Below, one piece after another: positions 42,340 to 50,782 of a DNA stretch of 64,000 nt; position 1 is the stretch's first letter, and every line of letters starts with the position of its first letter. The notes beneath the pieces are model-generated. The model was given only the letters and a program-made list of their open reading frames with translations, did no database searches and was not told the origin of the DNA. The translations under genes and the position numbers were made by a program. The stretch spans positions 8,313-72,312 of the forward strand of contig JACPFC010000054.1 of assembly GCA_016183175.1 (NCBI GenBank), read 5' to 3'. The stretch is from Deltaproteobacteria bacterium (GTDB lineage: Bacteria; UBA10199; SBBF01).

Positions 42340-43416
42340 ATGCGGGACCCCCTTTCTCAAATCGACGATAAAATGATCCATCGGCAGAGAGTCACCGACG
42401 AAGAGGCTCTGGCGCTCTACGCAGAGGACGATCTGTTGCGTCTGGGAGAGCTTGCCAACCGGGTCCGTGAAAAAATCCACGGGCGCAAAACCTACTACAT
42501 CATCAACCGCCACATCGATTATTCCAACGTCTGTGTCTTGAACTGTAAATTCTGCGCCTTCGCCCGAAAATCGGGGGAGGCAGGGGCCTTCGAGCATTCG
42601 CTCGAGGATATTGTGGAAAAGGTCCGGGAGGGGCGCAAGCGCGGCATTACCGAGGTGCACATCGTCGGCGGTTTTCATCCCTCACATCCATGGGAATTCT
42701 ACACCGGGATCTGCCGGGCCATCAAAAAAGAGGCGCCGGAGATCCATATCAAGGCCTTTACCGCCGCCGAGATCCGCTACTTTTCCAAAAAATTCAAAAT
42801 GACGGAGGAAGAGGTGCTGACGGCATTGATGGCGGCGGGGCTTGATTCCATGCCGGGGGGAGGGGCCGAAATTCTTGCCCCCGAGACAAGAAAGGAAATC
42901 TGCGGCCCCAAGGGGAAGGCGGAATTCTGGCTGGATACGCACAGGCGCGCCCACACGCTCGGTCTAAAAAGCAACGCCACCATGCTCTATGGCCATATCG
43001 AGTCGCCCGCCGACCGCGTGTACCACATGAGGTTGATCCGGAACCTCCAAGATGAAACCGGAGGTTTCCTTTCGTTCATCCCTCTTTCCTTCAACCCGAA
43101 AGGCACCTGTTACGAAAATATCGGCTATACCTCCGGCATCGATGATTTAAAGACCCTGGCCATCGCGCGCCTCTACATGGACAACATCCGCCACATCAAG
43201 GCTTACTGGATCATGTCGGGGGTGGAAACGGCCCAGTTGGCTCAATATTTCGGGGCGGATGACATGCATGGAACGGTGATCGAAGAGAATATCACCCACA
43301 TGGCGGGGGGAAGAGCGCCGGAGGATCTGCCGGCCTCCCGGTTATGCGAATTGATCCGCGAGGCCGGCCGGATGCCCGTCCAGCGCGACTCGCTTTACAG
43401 GGAAATTAATCAATAA
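42340..43416 (+). CDS. mqnE: Aminofutalosine synthase (CofH/MqnE radical SAM)
   Basis: CVLNCKFC, HIVGG, PGGGAEI, NATMLYGHIE, HIKAYW. Confidence 0.8.
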   Translation: MRDPLSQIDDKMIHRQRVTDEEALALYAEDDLLRLGELANRVREKIHGRKTYYIINRHIDYSNVCVLNCKFCAFARKSGEAGAFEHSLEDIVEKVREGRKRGITEVHIVGGFHPSHPWEFYTGICRAIKKEAPEIHIKAFTAAEIRYFSKKFKMTEEEVLTALMAAGLDSMPGGGAEILAPETRKEICGPKGKAEFWLDTHRRAHTLGLKSNATMLYGHIESPADRVYHMRLIRNLQDETGGFLSFIPLSFNPKGTCYENIGYTSGIDDLKTLAIARLYMDNIRHIKAYWIMSGVETAQLAQYFGADDMHGTVIEENITHMAGGRAPEDLPASRLCELIREAGRMPVQRDSLYREINQ

Positions 43417-44215
43417 TTGCTTTTCCAATAATCCCATGACATTTTGAGAAGGTAGCTACTAATAGCTCAACTTTTTGTTGAGACTCAAGCCGGTGGGCCA
43501 GCCGGTCCCATTCGTGGAAGATATGGTCCATGGGAATGAAGGCCACCGCGTGCGCCAGCTGGAGGCATGAAAAAAGATGGGTGCTTAAGGCGGCAGGGCC
43601 CCTCCAAAAATCTGGCGGGCAGGCGCCGGCCAAAGGGGAAGAATCCGGTTTGGTATTCATGTGGTGATCTCTCATGTAATGTGAAAAGGTCTCGTTGAAA
43701 TTCCAGTCCCGTTTCCGGCTGATGGCGGGGCAGATGCCCGGTTCCTCGCATGAAAGCGGACAGGTCCATTCGGCGTAGCTTACAGCGCAGATTCCCGAAT
43801 CAAAAGTTTTTAAAAAAGGGGTTTGAGGAAAGTCGTCTCCCGGCAAGGGAAAGGGGACAACTTGTGTGCGGCGCCCTTTGAACCGTCCGTCGTTTTCAAT
43901 CAGATTCAGAAAGACGCGAAACAGGACGTGCGGCGCCGAATGGTCGGGAATAAGAATGCCCGCTTTTTCGGCCCTTGGGCGGTTTAGGATCGTTTCCTCC
44001 AAAAAGCCGGTGTAGGTGTTTTGGATGGTGCGGGCGTCGTTTTTGAATTCTTCCGCGGCCGGAACGTTGGAATGGGGGTCGATAAAGAAGAGTTCGGGAT
44101 AATCGATCAATCCCTCTTTTTTGGCCCGGACAATCTCGCCGATGTAATGGCAGGCGAGCGGGCCGCCGCCTAAAACATAGATCGGGCCTTTGATTTGATA
44201 AGGCAGATGGGTCAT
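43406..44215 (-). CDS. Hypothetical protein, Rossmann-like N-terminus and Cys motifs
   Basis: VLGGG, SYAEWTCPLSCEEPGICP, ATFSKCHG. Confidence 0.7.
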   Translation of the reverse strand: MTHLPYQIKGPIYVLGGGPLACHYIGEIVRAKKEGLIDYPELFFIDPHSNVPAAEEFKNDARTIQNTYTGFLEETILNRPRAEKAGILIPDHSAPHVLFRVFLNLIENDGRFKGRRTQVVPFPLPGDDFPQTPFLKTFDSGICAVSYAEWTCPLSCEEPGICPAISRKRDWNFNETFSHYMRDHHMNTKPDSSPLAGACPPDFWRGPAALSTHLFSCLQLAHAVAFIPMDHIFHEWDRLAHRLESQQKVELLVATFSKCHGIIGKAIID

Positions 44216-44273
44216 CTGTCGGGCAACTGCGAGAAAGTAGAGAGCAGAGAGCCGACAGCCGAAAACAGATTGT

Positions 44274-45080
44274 TTAATCCGTTTTCCGTTTTCCGCTTTC
44301 TGCTCTCTGATTTCTCGCCTTTGCCGCCTTTACAAAAAGATACGCCGGAATTGAAATCCACACAAGATCCATCAAAGCGAGCCGAAACTCCCCGATCCGG
44401 AGGGTGATCGCAAAATTGAACAGGAAGATGCCGAAGTAGAGGAGGGGACCGGAGTATTTGTCGGGGAAAGTGGATGGTTGATGGTTGATGGTTGATGGTA
44501 GATGGTTAATGGCAGATGGTTTGAAGAACCTTTCCAGCATCAAGTTTACGCCAACGATGGCAAAGGAGACCAAAAACCAGCCGGCGAAATTGGAAAGGGG
44601 GACGCCAAAGTAAAGGCCGGGGTTCGGGTAATAGTAGATTTTTCCGAGAAACCACCGATCCCCCATGTGAGCCAGCGGGTCGATGACAAGGTCGAGAATG
44701 AGGACGAAGAGGGCGGAGAGGAGGGCGAGTTTAAATCCCCCCCAACCCCCCTTTGTCAAAGGGGGGACAGGGGGGATTTTGCCCACGACAAATTCTGATA
44801 AAGAAAGCCCCGCAAAACACAAAAACACATACGACAGCGAATCCCACACCGGCACCCCCCGGTTCATCCATTCGCCCCGAAGATTTTCGTAAATGTAGAA
44901 ATACCACCCGTAGGGAAACCCGGTCCGGATGGAAGAGGCCTCCGAAATCCAGGCAATCAGATAACCGCCGGCCAGGAAAAGCAGAGTCCGGACAACGCCG
45001 CGCGTACGGATGCCGATGACGAGGAACGCGACGAGGAAAACGAACACATACCAACGGGTGATGAGGGTGTGGAAGAACAT
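44274..45080 (-). CDS. Carotenoid biosynthesis (CruF/DUF422-like) membrane protein with repeat insertions
   Basis: TGFPYGWY.Y, GVP, DLVIDP, YFGVPLSNFAGW. Confidence 0.85.
   Translation of the reverse strand: MFFHTLITRWYVFVFLVAFLVIGIRTRGVVRTLLFLAGGYLIAWISEASSIRTGFPYGWYFYIYENLRGEWMNRGVPVWDSLSYVFLCFAGLSLSEFVVGKIPPVPPLTKGGWGGFKLALLSALFVLILDLVIDPLAHMGDRWFLGKIYYYPNPGLYFGVPLSNFAGWFLVSFAIVGVNLMLERFFKPSAINHLPSTINHQPSTFPDKYSGPLLYFGIFLFNFAITLRIGEFRLALMDLVWISIPAYLFVKAAKARNQRAESGKRKTD
44470..44521. repeat. (GATGGTT)n heptamer array inside CDS
   Basis: About 7 units, read as PSAINHLPSTINHQPST. Confidence 0.85.
44733..44779. repeat. Family E palindrome inside CDS
   Basis: AAATCCCCCCC-AA-CCCCCCTTTGTCAAAGGGGGG-ACA-GGGGGGATTT; near twin at 63252-63297. 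Confidence 0.85.
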
Positions 45081-45088
45081 CTGCAATG

Positions 45089-45207
45089 GTCATTCCCGCG
45101 CAGGCGGGAATCCAGTTTTTTCGTACTTGTTCCCCATTCCCTGCTTACAACTTGCAGGGACAAGTTTCATGGGGACATGTCTGGATCCCCGCTTTCGCGG
45201 GGATGAC
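45089..45207. repeat. GTCA-type REP doublet
   Basis: GTCATTCCCGCGCAGGCGGGAATCCAG ... CTGGATCCCCGCTTTCGCGGGGATGAC with inner GTCCCCAT..ATGGGGAC stem. Confidence 0.85.
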
Positions 45208-45234
45208 ATTAAAGGCAAGTCTGTCAACAAACTG

Positions 45235-46194
45235 TTATCCCCTCTCTTTATAGCTGTTCCGCACCAGATCGATGAAGACCTTGAGAATCTTCGGGTCCCA
45301 CTGGCCGCAATCGATTTCGCGCTCGAAAATGTCGGCCGCTTGGGGCGGATACATCCCCTTTCGATAGGGGCGGTTGGAGGTCATGGCGTCGAAGGCGTCG
45401 GTGATAAAACAGATGCGCGCCAGAAAAGGGATTTCCTCCCCTTTGAGGCCGTCGGGATACCCCTTGCCGTCCCAGCGTTCATGATGACTGCGGATGATGG
45501 GAAGGACATTTTTAAACGACTTGAGCCGCTTGCAGATCTCGTAGCCGCGGGCCGGATGCGTCCGGATATGCGAGATCTCCTCCTGGGTGAGCTTGTCCTC
45601 CTTGTTCAGAATCGCCTCCCTCACCCCCACCTTGCCGATGTCGTGTAAAAGGGCGCCCCGCCGCAGGTCTTCCAGTTCGGGGGGCTTCAAGCCCAATTCC
45701 TTTCCGAGAAGAACCGAATACTTCGAGACCCTTTCGGAATGTCCACGGGTATAGACATCCTTGGCCTCCAGCGCCTCGGCGAGGGTAAAAACAACCGCCT
45801 CCGACAATTCCAGGGAATCGTAGAGGTCCTTTACGCGCAAAAGGGACTTGACGCGGGTTACGAGTTCCAGCTTGTTGAACGGCTTCATCAAAAAGTCATC
45901 CGCCCCCAGCTCGATCGCCTTGATTTTGTCGTCCAGTTCGCGAAGCGCCGTGACAATAACGATGGGAATCAAATGGGTCAGGGGATCGGTCTTCAAAATC
46001 TGGCAGACCTCGTAGCCGCTCATGCGGGGCATCATGAGATCGAGCAGAATCAGATCGGGCGGGTCCTGCTTCACCAGTTCCAAAGCCTCTTCGCCGGAAT
46101 AGGCCTTGCGCACCTCGTAGTTGAACGGCTTCAACTGCACCGATATCAGCTCCACGTTGGTGGGGTTGTCATCGACAATAAGAACCTTGTGCAT
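45235..46194 (-). CDS. Response regulator with HD-GYP phosphodiesterase
   Basis: REC plus GHSERV, LLHDIGK, HHERWDGKGYP. Confidence 0.95.
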   Translation of the reverse strand: MHKVLIVDDNPTNVELISVQLKPFNYEVRKAYSGEEALELVKQDPPDLILLDLMMPRMSGYEVCQILKTDPLTHLIPIVIVTALRELDDKIKAIELGADDFLMKPFNKLELVTRVKSLLRVKDLYDSLELSEAVVFTLAEALEAKDVYTRGHSERVSKYSVLLGKELGLKPPELEDLRRGALLHDIGKVGVREAILNKEDKLTQEEISHIRTHPARGYEICKRLKSFKNVLPIIRSHHERWDGKGYPDGLKGEEIPFLARICFITDAFDAMTSNRPYRKGMYPPQAADIFEREIDCGQWDPKILKVFIDLVRNSYKERG

Positions 46195-46244
46195 GTAAAA
46201 TTTATAGCATACATTCCGGTTGCAGAACAACGGTTTCTCTTGTA

Positions 46245-46321
46245 AGGGTTCCCAAGCCGCGCCGCCAGTGGCGGATGAAGCGGCTTGGGAGCGGAGGTGG
46301 TAAAGGCAAGAAGTCGCTTAA
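46245..46321 (+). repeat. Family B element with TAAAGGCAAGAAG tail
   Basis: Core identical to 29095-29146; tail shared with the tRNA-Gly insert. Confidence 0.88.
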
Positions 46322-46326
46322 ACTTT

Positions 46327-46605
46327 ATGAGACTCATCAAATTCATTCTCTGGTTGGCGGTCACCGTCATTATCGCCTATTTTCTCACCGACCTGAAAAT
46401 CGGGGGAAAGACGATCAAACAGACCATCGATGAAAAAATCGGCGCCGTCTGGCCCGGATTTTCGGGGGCAAAAAACCGCCTGTTGGGGGTCACGCACAAC
46501 GAGGAAATGCGGGGGATTGTTTCGGAAATCAAGGAGTCGCCCAAAGAGAAAATCACCGAAGAGGACTCAAAACAGCTCGAAGAGGTGTTGAAAGAGAACC
46601 AGTAA
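46327..46605 (+). CDS. Small membrane-anchored hypothetical protein
   Basis: N-terminal hydrophobic helix. Confidence 0.6.
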   Translation: MRLIKFILWLAVTVIIAYFLTDLKIGGKTIKQTIDEKIGAVWPGFSGAKNRLLGVTHNEEMRGIVSEIKESPKEKITEEDSKQLEEVLKENQ

Positions 46606-46616
46606 GGGAAAAAAAC

Positions 46617-46913
46617 ATGACGCAATCGGCAAAAAAATGCGGGGTTGAAAATTGCAAGCGCTCCTATCGCGCCAAAGGCTACTGCAATGTCCATTACAAA
46701 AAATGGCGCGGGGGGGAGCTCCCCAAAAGCCGCTATAAAACCTGCGCGCAGGAGGGATGCAAGAAAAAACGCCATTTGAGGGGACTGTGCGAGGAGCATT
46801 ACAAGGCGGCGTTCGGCAAGAAGGAAGAGGGGGCGGCGCCTGTAGCGGCGCCTGTAGCGGCGCCTGCGGCTCCGGCAACTCCAGCACCTGAGTCACCGCC
46901 GCCGGCGCAGTAA
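46617..46913 (+). CDS. VegA-like basic zinc-finger protein
   Basis: Two C-x4-C...C-x2-H repeats (CGVENC..AKGYCNVHY; CAQEGC..GLCEEHY). Confidence 0.7.
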   Translation: MTQSAKKCGVENCKRSYRAKGYCNVHYKKWRGGELPKSRYKTCAQEGCKKKRHLRGLCEEHYKAAFGKKEEGAAPVAAPVAAPAAPATPAPESPPPAQ

Positions 46914-46944
46914 TAGGTCCTATAAGACCTATAGGTCCTATATT

Positions 46945-47985
46945 ATGAAACGAATAGGCCTCCTCACAGGGGGCGGCGATTGTCCCGGGTTGAACGCCGC
47001 CATCCGCGCCGTTGTCCGCCGGGCCAATCAGCTGGATATTCAAGTCTTGGGCGTCTACGACGGTTTCAAGGGGCTGGTGGAAGGGTCTGTCGCCCCGTTC
47101 CCTCTCCGTCAGACCTCGGGGATCCTCCATGTGGGGGGAACCATTCTGCGCAGTTCGCGCTTCAATCCATTCAAAAACAGGCAAAGTCTTTCCGTACTTG
47201 CCCGGCAGGTAAAAGAGAGGGCCCTTTCCGGGCTTGTGGTGATCGGCGGCGAGGGTTCGTTGCGCATTGCCAACGATCTGGCCCGCAAAAAAATTGTCCC
47301 CTGCATCGGCATTCCCAAAACCATCGACAACGACGTTTACGGCACCGATCTGACCATCGGTTTTCAGACCGCCGTGGCCACCGCCGCCGAGGCGGTCGAT
47401 AAACTGCATACCACGGCTGAATCGCACAACGTGGTCATGGTTGTGGAGGTGATGGGGCGTCATACGGGATGGATTGCCGTTTCCGCCGGACTGGCCGGCG
47501 GGGCCGACCTGATTTTGACCCCCGAAAAGCCCCTTTCGGCGCCGGCGATCAAGGAGACGATTGTCAAGCGCCATGCGCGGGGAAAAAAATTCAGCATTGT
47601 CGTTGTCGCCGAGGATGCGCGGGTGACGGATGACCGGGGGCGGATTCTTGTTTCGGCTCCGACAGGCCGGGACGAATATGGGCCGGTCAAATCGAGCGGT
47701 GTCGGCGCCGGGGTGGCCCGTCTCATCGGCCGGCTGACCGGTTTTGAAACGCGCGTCGTCGTTCTTGGCCATGTGCAAAGAGGGGGATCGCCCGTTCCCG
47801 AAGACCGTATTCTGGCCACCCGCTTTGGCGTTCTGGCGGCGGAGCTGACGGCCAAGGGAAAATGGAACCGGATGACCGCCCTCCGAAACGGAAAAGTTTT
47901 GGCTGTCCCCTTAAAAACGGTTGCCGGAAGGATTAAAAGGGTCGATCCGGAGCTCTACCGGCTGGCCGGTTATTTTTTTGGGTAA
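46945..47985 (+). CDS. pfkA: 6-phosphofructokinase
   Basis: TGGGDCPGLNA, GGTIL, PKTIDND, EVMGR, LGHVQRGG. Confidence 0.95.
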   Translation: MKRIGLLTGGGDCPGLNAAIRAVVRRANQLDIQVLGVYDGFKGLVEGSVAPFPLRQTSGILHVGGTILRSSRFNPFKNRQSLSVLARQVKERALSGLVVIGGEGSLRIANDLARKKIVPCIGIPKTIDNDVYGTDLTIGFQTAVATAAEAVDKLHTTAESHNVVMVVEVMGRHTGWIAVSAGLAGGADLILTPEKPLSAPAIKETIVKRHARGKKFSIVVVAEDARVTDDRGRILVSAPTGRDEYGPVKSSGVGAGVARLIGRLTGFETRVVVLGHVQRGGSPVPEDRILATRFGVLAAELTAKGKWNRMTALRNGKVLAVPLKTVAGRIKRVDPELYRLAGYFFG

Positions 47986-48377
47986 AAAAATTCCTCCAGA
48001 TGTCCGCGGATAATGTCGCGCGTTTTGGCGAAGGATTTGAGGATTCGGGTTTCGTCCCCCGCGGTTCCCACCGGATCGGGGATGGACCAGTGGGTGGATT
48101 TTTTGGGGGGAGGGACATGGACGCAGGCTTTGGCCGAATCGCAGAGGGTGATGACATGGTCGGCCCAGGCAAGCAATTTTTCATCGACCCGCTTGGAGGT
48201 CTGCCCGGAAATATCAATGCCGATCTCGCGCATCGACTCGATGGTGCGGGGGTGGACCCCCGAAGGCATGATGCCGGCGCTTTTGAATTCCCGGCCCTTC
48301 GGGCCGAGCGCCTTTGCCAGCCCCTCCGCCATTTGCGATCGGCAGGAATTTCCGGTGCAGAGGAAAAGGACTTTCAT
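47970..48377 (-). CDS. arsC: ArsC/LMW-PTP family reductase
   Basis: FLCTGNSCRSQMAEG, HWSIPDP. Confidence 0.85.
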   Translation of the reverse strand: MKVLFLCTGNSCRSQMAEGLAKALGPKGREFKSAGIMPSGVHPRTIESMREIGIDISGQTSKRVDEKLLAWADHVITLCDSAKACVHVPPPKKSTHWSIPDPVGTAGDETRILKSFAKTRDIIRGHLEEFFYPKK

Positions 48378-48386
48378 GGTTTCATT

Positions 48387-48695
48387 ATGAAACCGGTACC
48401 GCTTCAGATTCAAGTTCTTTTAACCGGGCTTCTTTTGCTTTGGAGTGTTCCCGTTTTCTCTGAAGAAGATGCCTGGCCGACGAAGATGAAAAAATTCACC
48501 TACAGCCAACGGCGCCTCGAACGTTTTTTCGATTTGAACAAGGATAAGGTGTTAAGCGTTTATGAACGGAGCCTGATAACAACCCAACAACATTTCGGCT
48601 GGCCGCTGGCGTCATCCAAAAAACGGAAAAAGTTCGACGCCAACGGCGATTTTATGCTCCAGCCGTACGAGTATCACCTCTACAAGAAGCAGTAA
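48387..48695 (+). CDS. Small secreted EF-hand-like protein
   Basis: Signal peptide; FDLNKDKVLSVYE and FDANGDFMLQPYE. Confidence 0.65.
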   Translation: MKPVPLQIQVLLTGLLLLWSVPVFSEEDAWPTKMKKFTYSQRRLERFFDLNKDKVLSVYERSLITTQQHFGWPLASSKKRKKFDANGDFMLQPYEYHLYKKQ

Positions 48696-48741
48696 AGCGT
48701 AACACCGGATGTGGGAACTCTGTGACGCCGGCGGAACGGAG

Positions 48742-48767
48742 TTCCCCCATCCGTGGGGAATTTTTTT
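48742..48767 (+). terminator. Probable intrinsic terminator
   Basis: TTCCCCA-TCCG-TGGGGAA followed by T run; overlaps a longer alternative stem 48706-48752. Confidence 0.55.
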
Positions 48768-48807
48768 GACAACCGGCCCGTAATCGAAAGATAATGTCCC
48801 TTCTTTT

Positions 48808-50664
48808 ATGCCCCCCCTTCTTGTCATCATAAACCTCGTCCTGATCGGCGGCGCCATTTTTCTTTTCCTGCGCCCCAAACTCCTTCTCCAGTTCCGCGGC
48901 GGCAAGCTCTACCTCACCTGGCTGGCCATCGGGGTCATCACGCTGATGGACGAATTGACAAGCGTTTTTTACGCCCCGGCGGAGGCTTGGCGTTTTATCG
49001 GCCTGTATGCGCTTTTTTTCCTGCCGTTCATGTCGCTCTTTATCCACTACATGACCACCCGGATGGTGGAGATCGCCGAAATTCTGGACGCCCACAGCCT
49101 GAAAGGCGGGGGTGTTTACAATTTTTCGTATCTGGTGCTGGGGCCGGTCATCTCCTTTGTCGCGGTTTCATCGATCATGGTCGATTACGTGCTGACTGCC
49201 TGCATCTCGGCGGTCAGCGCGGTGGAGAACGCCGCGTCGCTTTTCGGCATGACATCGGGGGGAAAGCTTGTCGCCGCGCTTTTGCTGGTCTGGGGTGTGG
49301 CGGGCTTGAACATCATGGGCATCCGCGCCAATGCCCGTGCCACCTTCGGCATCTTTCTGGCCACCGCGCTGGTGTTTGTCAACCTGATTGCGCTGGGGGT
49401 GCTGGATCTGTCTCCGGAAAATATGACGGTCATCGGTTCGGGAATCGGCGAGACTTTTTCCCGTTTCCGGTCGCAGAATTTTCTCCACAGCTTCACCTTT
49501 TTTATCGCTTCCGCCTCCAGTTGTATTCTGGCCTATTCCGGCGTCGAGTCGGTCATGCAGACGGCAAGTCTTGTCCGCAACTGGAAAACGGTGAGCCGGG
49601 CCTATATTTTTCTGGGTTTAACGGTCGGCATTGTCACGCCGGTAGTCTCCCTTCTGGTTCTCTCCAACGGCCGGATCGACTTCGCGGCGCATGAGACCGA
49701 TCTGATCACCCATTATGCCTCGATGATCGGCGGCGGCTGGTTTTCGGCGGTCGTGGCCATGACCGCCGGCGTCACCCTGTTGATGGCGGTCAACACCGCC
49801 TTTGTGGCCACCAGTGAATTAATCGAAAGGGTGGCGCATCGCTACGGTTTTTTCGGCATTATCAGAACCAACCGTCACGCCTCGCTTTACCGTGTCCACC
49901 TGATGAATGCGGTTTTTTATTCCGCCGTCATCTTTTTTACCCAGGGGAAACAGGCGACTCTGGCGGGAATGTACGCCGTGGGCCTGGTGGCCACATTCGT
50001 CATCAATCTCGCCTCGCTGTTGCTGTATCGTTACATCAAGGGGACAAAAGAGGTCCGGCTCTACAACGTCAGCCGCGTTGGGACCTTTCTTTTCTTTGTC
50101 GTGATGCTTTCCTGTTTTGTGTATCTTTCCTGGCACAAGCCGGCCGGATTTTTCCTGTGGCTGGGAGTGACCGTTGTCTCACTGGCTGTGGGCATTTTGG
50201 GGACGCGCAAGCGGGCGCCGGAACTGGTGGAAATCGAACGGGGCGAGACGCCGATGGATGTCCTCCTTTTTCTGGGCGAATCGAAGCAGAAAAATGTGCA
50301 TCTTTATTTCAAGCGGCCGTTCGATACCCCGCAGGAAAAGGCCTACGATACCACGGTGTTTATCACCTTTTATTCCCCCCGCCAGAAGATTCCGCCGCGT
50401 GTCGGCGCCAACCATTTTCGAATCCCGTTCAAGCGGGCAAGCATCTATCAGAACACCGTGGCCGTTCTTGACCTTTTGGTCTACGAGGCGCCGCACTTGA
50501 ACATCACCGTCCATTTCGGCTGGCCCACGTCCTCCTGGTACGACCGCCTTTCCATCGGCGTCATGATGTTCCAGCTGATGCGTCTGCCGCGGCTTTTTCC
50601 GGGTCTGAATTTCCGGATTGAAAGGTTCAAGTCGATGTCGGGGCGACCGGATTTGAACCGGTGA
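48808..50664 (+). CDS. APC-superfamily transporter
   Basis: Many TM helices, GGGVY, DYVLTACIS, LAYSGVES, C-terminal soluble domain. Confidence 0.85.
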   Translation: MPPLLVIINLVLIGGAIFLFLRPKLLLQFRGGKLYLTWLAIGVITLMDELTSVFYAPAEAWRFIGLYALFFLPFMSLFIHYMTTRMVEIAEILDAHSLKGGGVYNFSYLVLGPVISFVAVSSIMVDYVLTACISAVSAVENAASLFGMTSGGKLVAALLLVWGVAGLNIMGIRANARATFGIFLATALVFVNLIALGVLDLSPENMTVIGSGIGETFSRFRSQNFLHSFTFFIASASSCILAYSGVESVMQTASLVRNWKTVSRAYIFLGLTVGIVTPVVSLLVLSNGRIDFAAHETDLITHYASMIGGGWFSAVVAMTAGVTLLMAVNTAFVATSELIERVAHRYGFFGIIRTNRHASLYRVHLMNAVFYSAVIFFTQGKQATLAGMYAVGLVATFVINLASLLLYRYIKGTKEVRLYNVSRVGTFLFFVVMLSCFVYLSWHKPAGFFLWLGVTVVSLAVGILGTRKRAPELVEIERGETPMDVLLFLGESKQKNVHLYFKRPFDTPQEKAYDTTVFITFYSPRQKIPPRVGANHFRIPFKRASIYQNTVAVLDLLVYEAPHLNITVHFGWPTSSWYDRLSIGVMMFQLMRLPRLFPGLNFRIERFKSMSGRPDLNR

Positions 50665-50711
50665 CCACTCGCACCCCAAGCGAGTGCGCTACCGGGCTGC
50701 GCCACGCCCCG
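50638..50711 (-). tRNA. tRNA-Pro(GGG)
   Basis: CGGGGCGTGGCGCAGCCCGGTAGCGCACTCGCTTGGGGTGCGAG..GGTTCAAATCCGGTCGCCCCGA. Confidence 0.95.
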
Positions 50712-50782
50712 TAATTTAGCGGCATTTCTACTGATTCATTTCCCGGATTGCAAGCAAGATTCATTTAATATATCCGTAAACC

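Noticed and set aside
46833..46870. 12-bp tandem repeat in the VegA-like tail
   Set aside because: Ordinary Ala/Pro low-complexity slippage with identical units; not counted with the hairpin expansions
48700..48790. Riboswitch upstream of the APC transporter
   Set aside because: Alternative stems exist, but no known aptamer motif was recognised and a TTGACA promoter-like site lies downstream of the terminator
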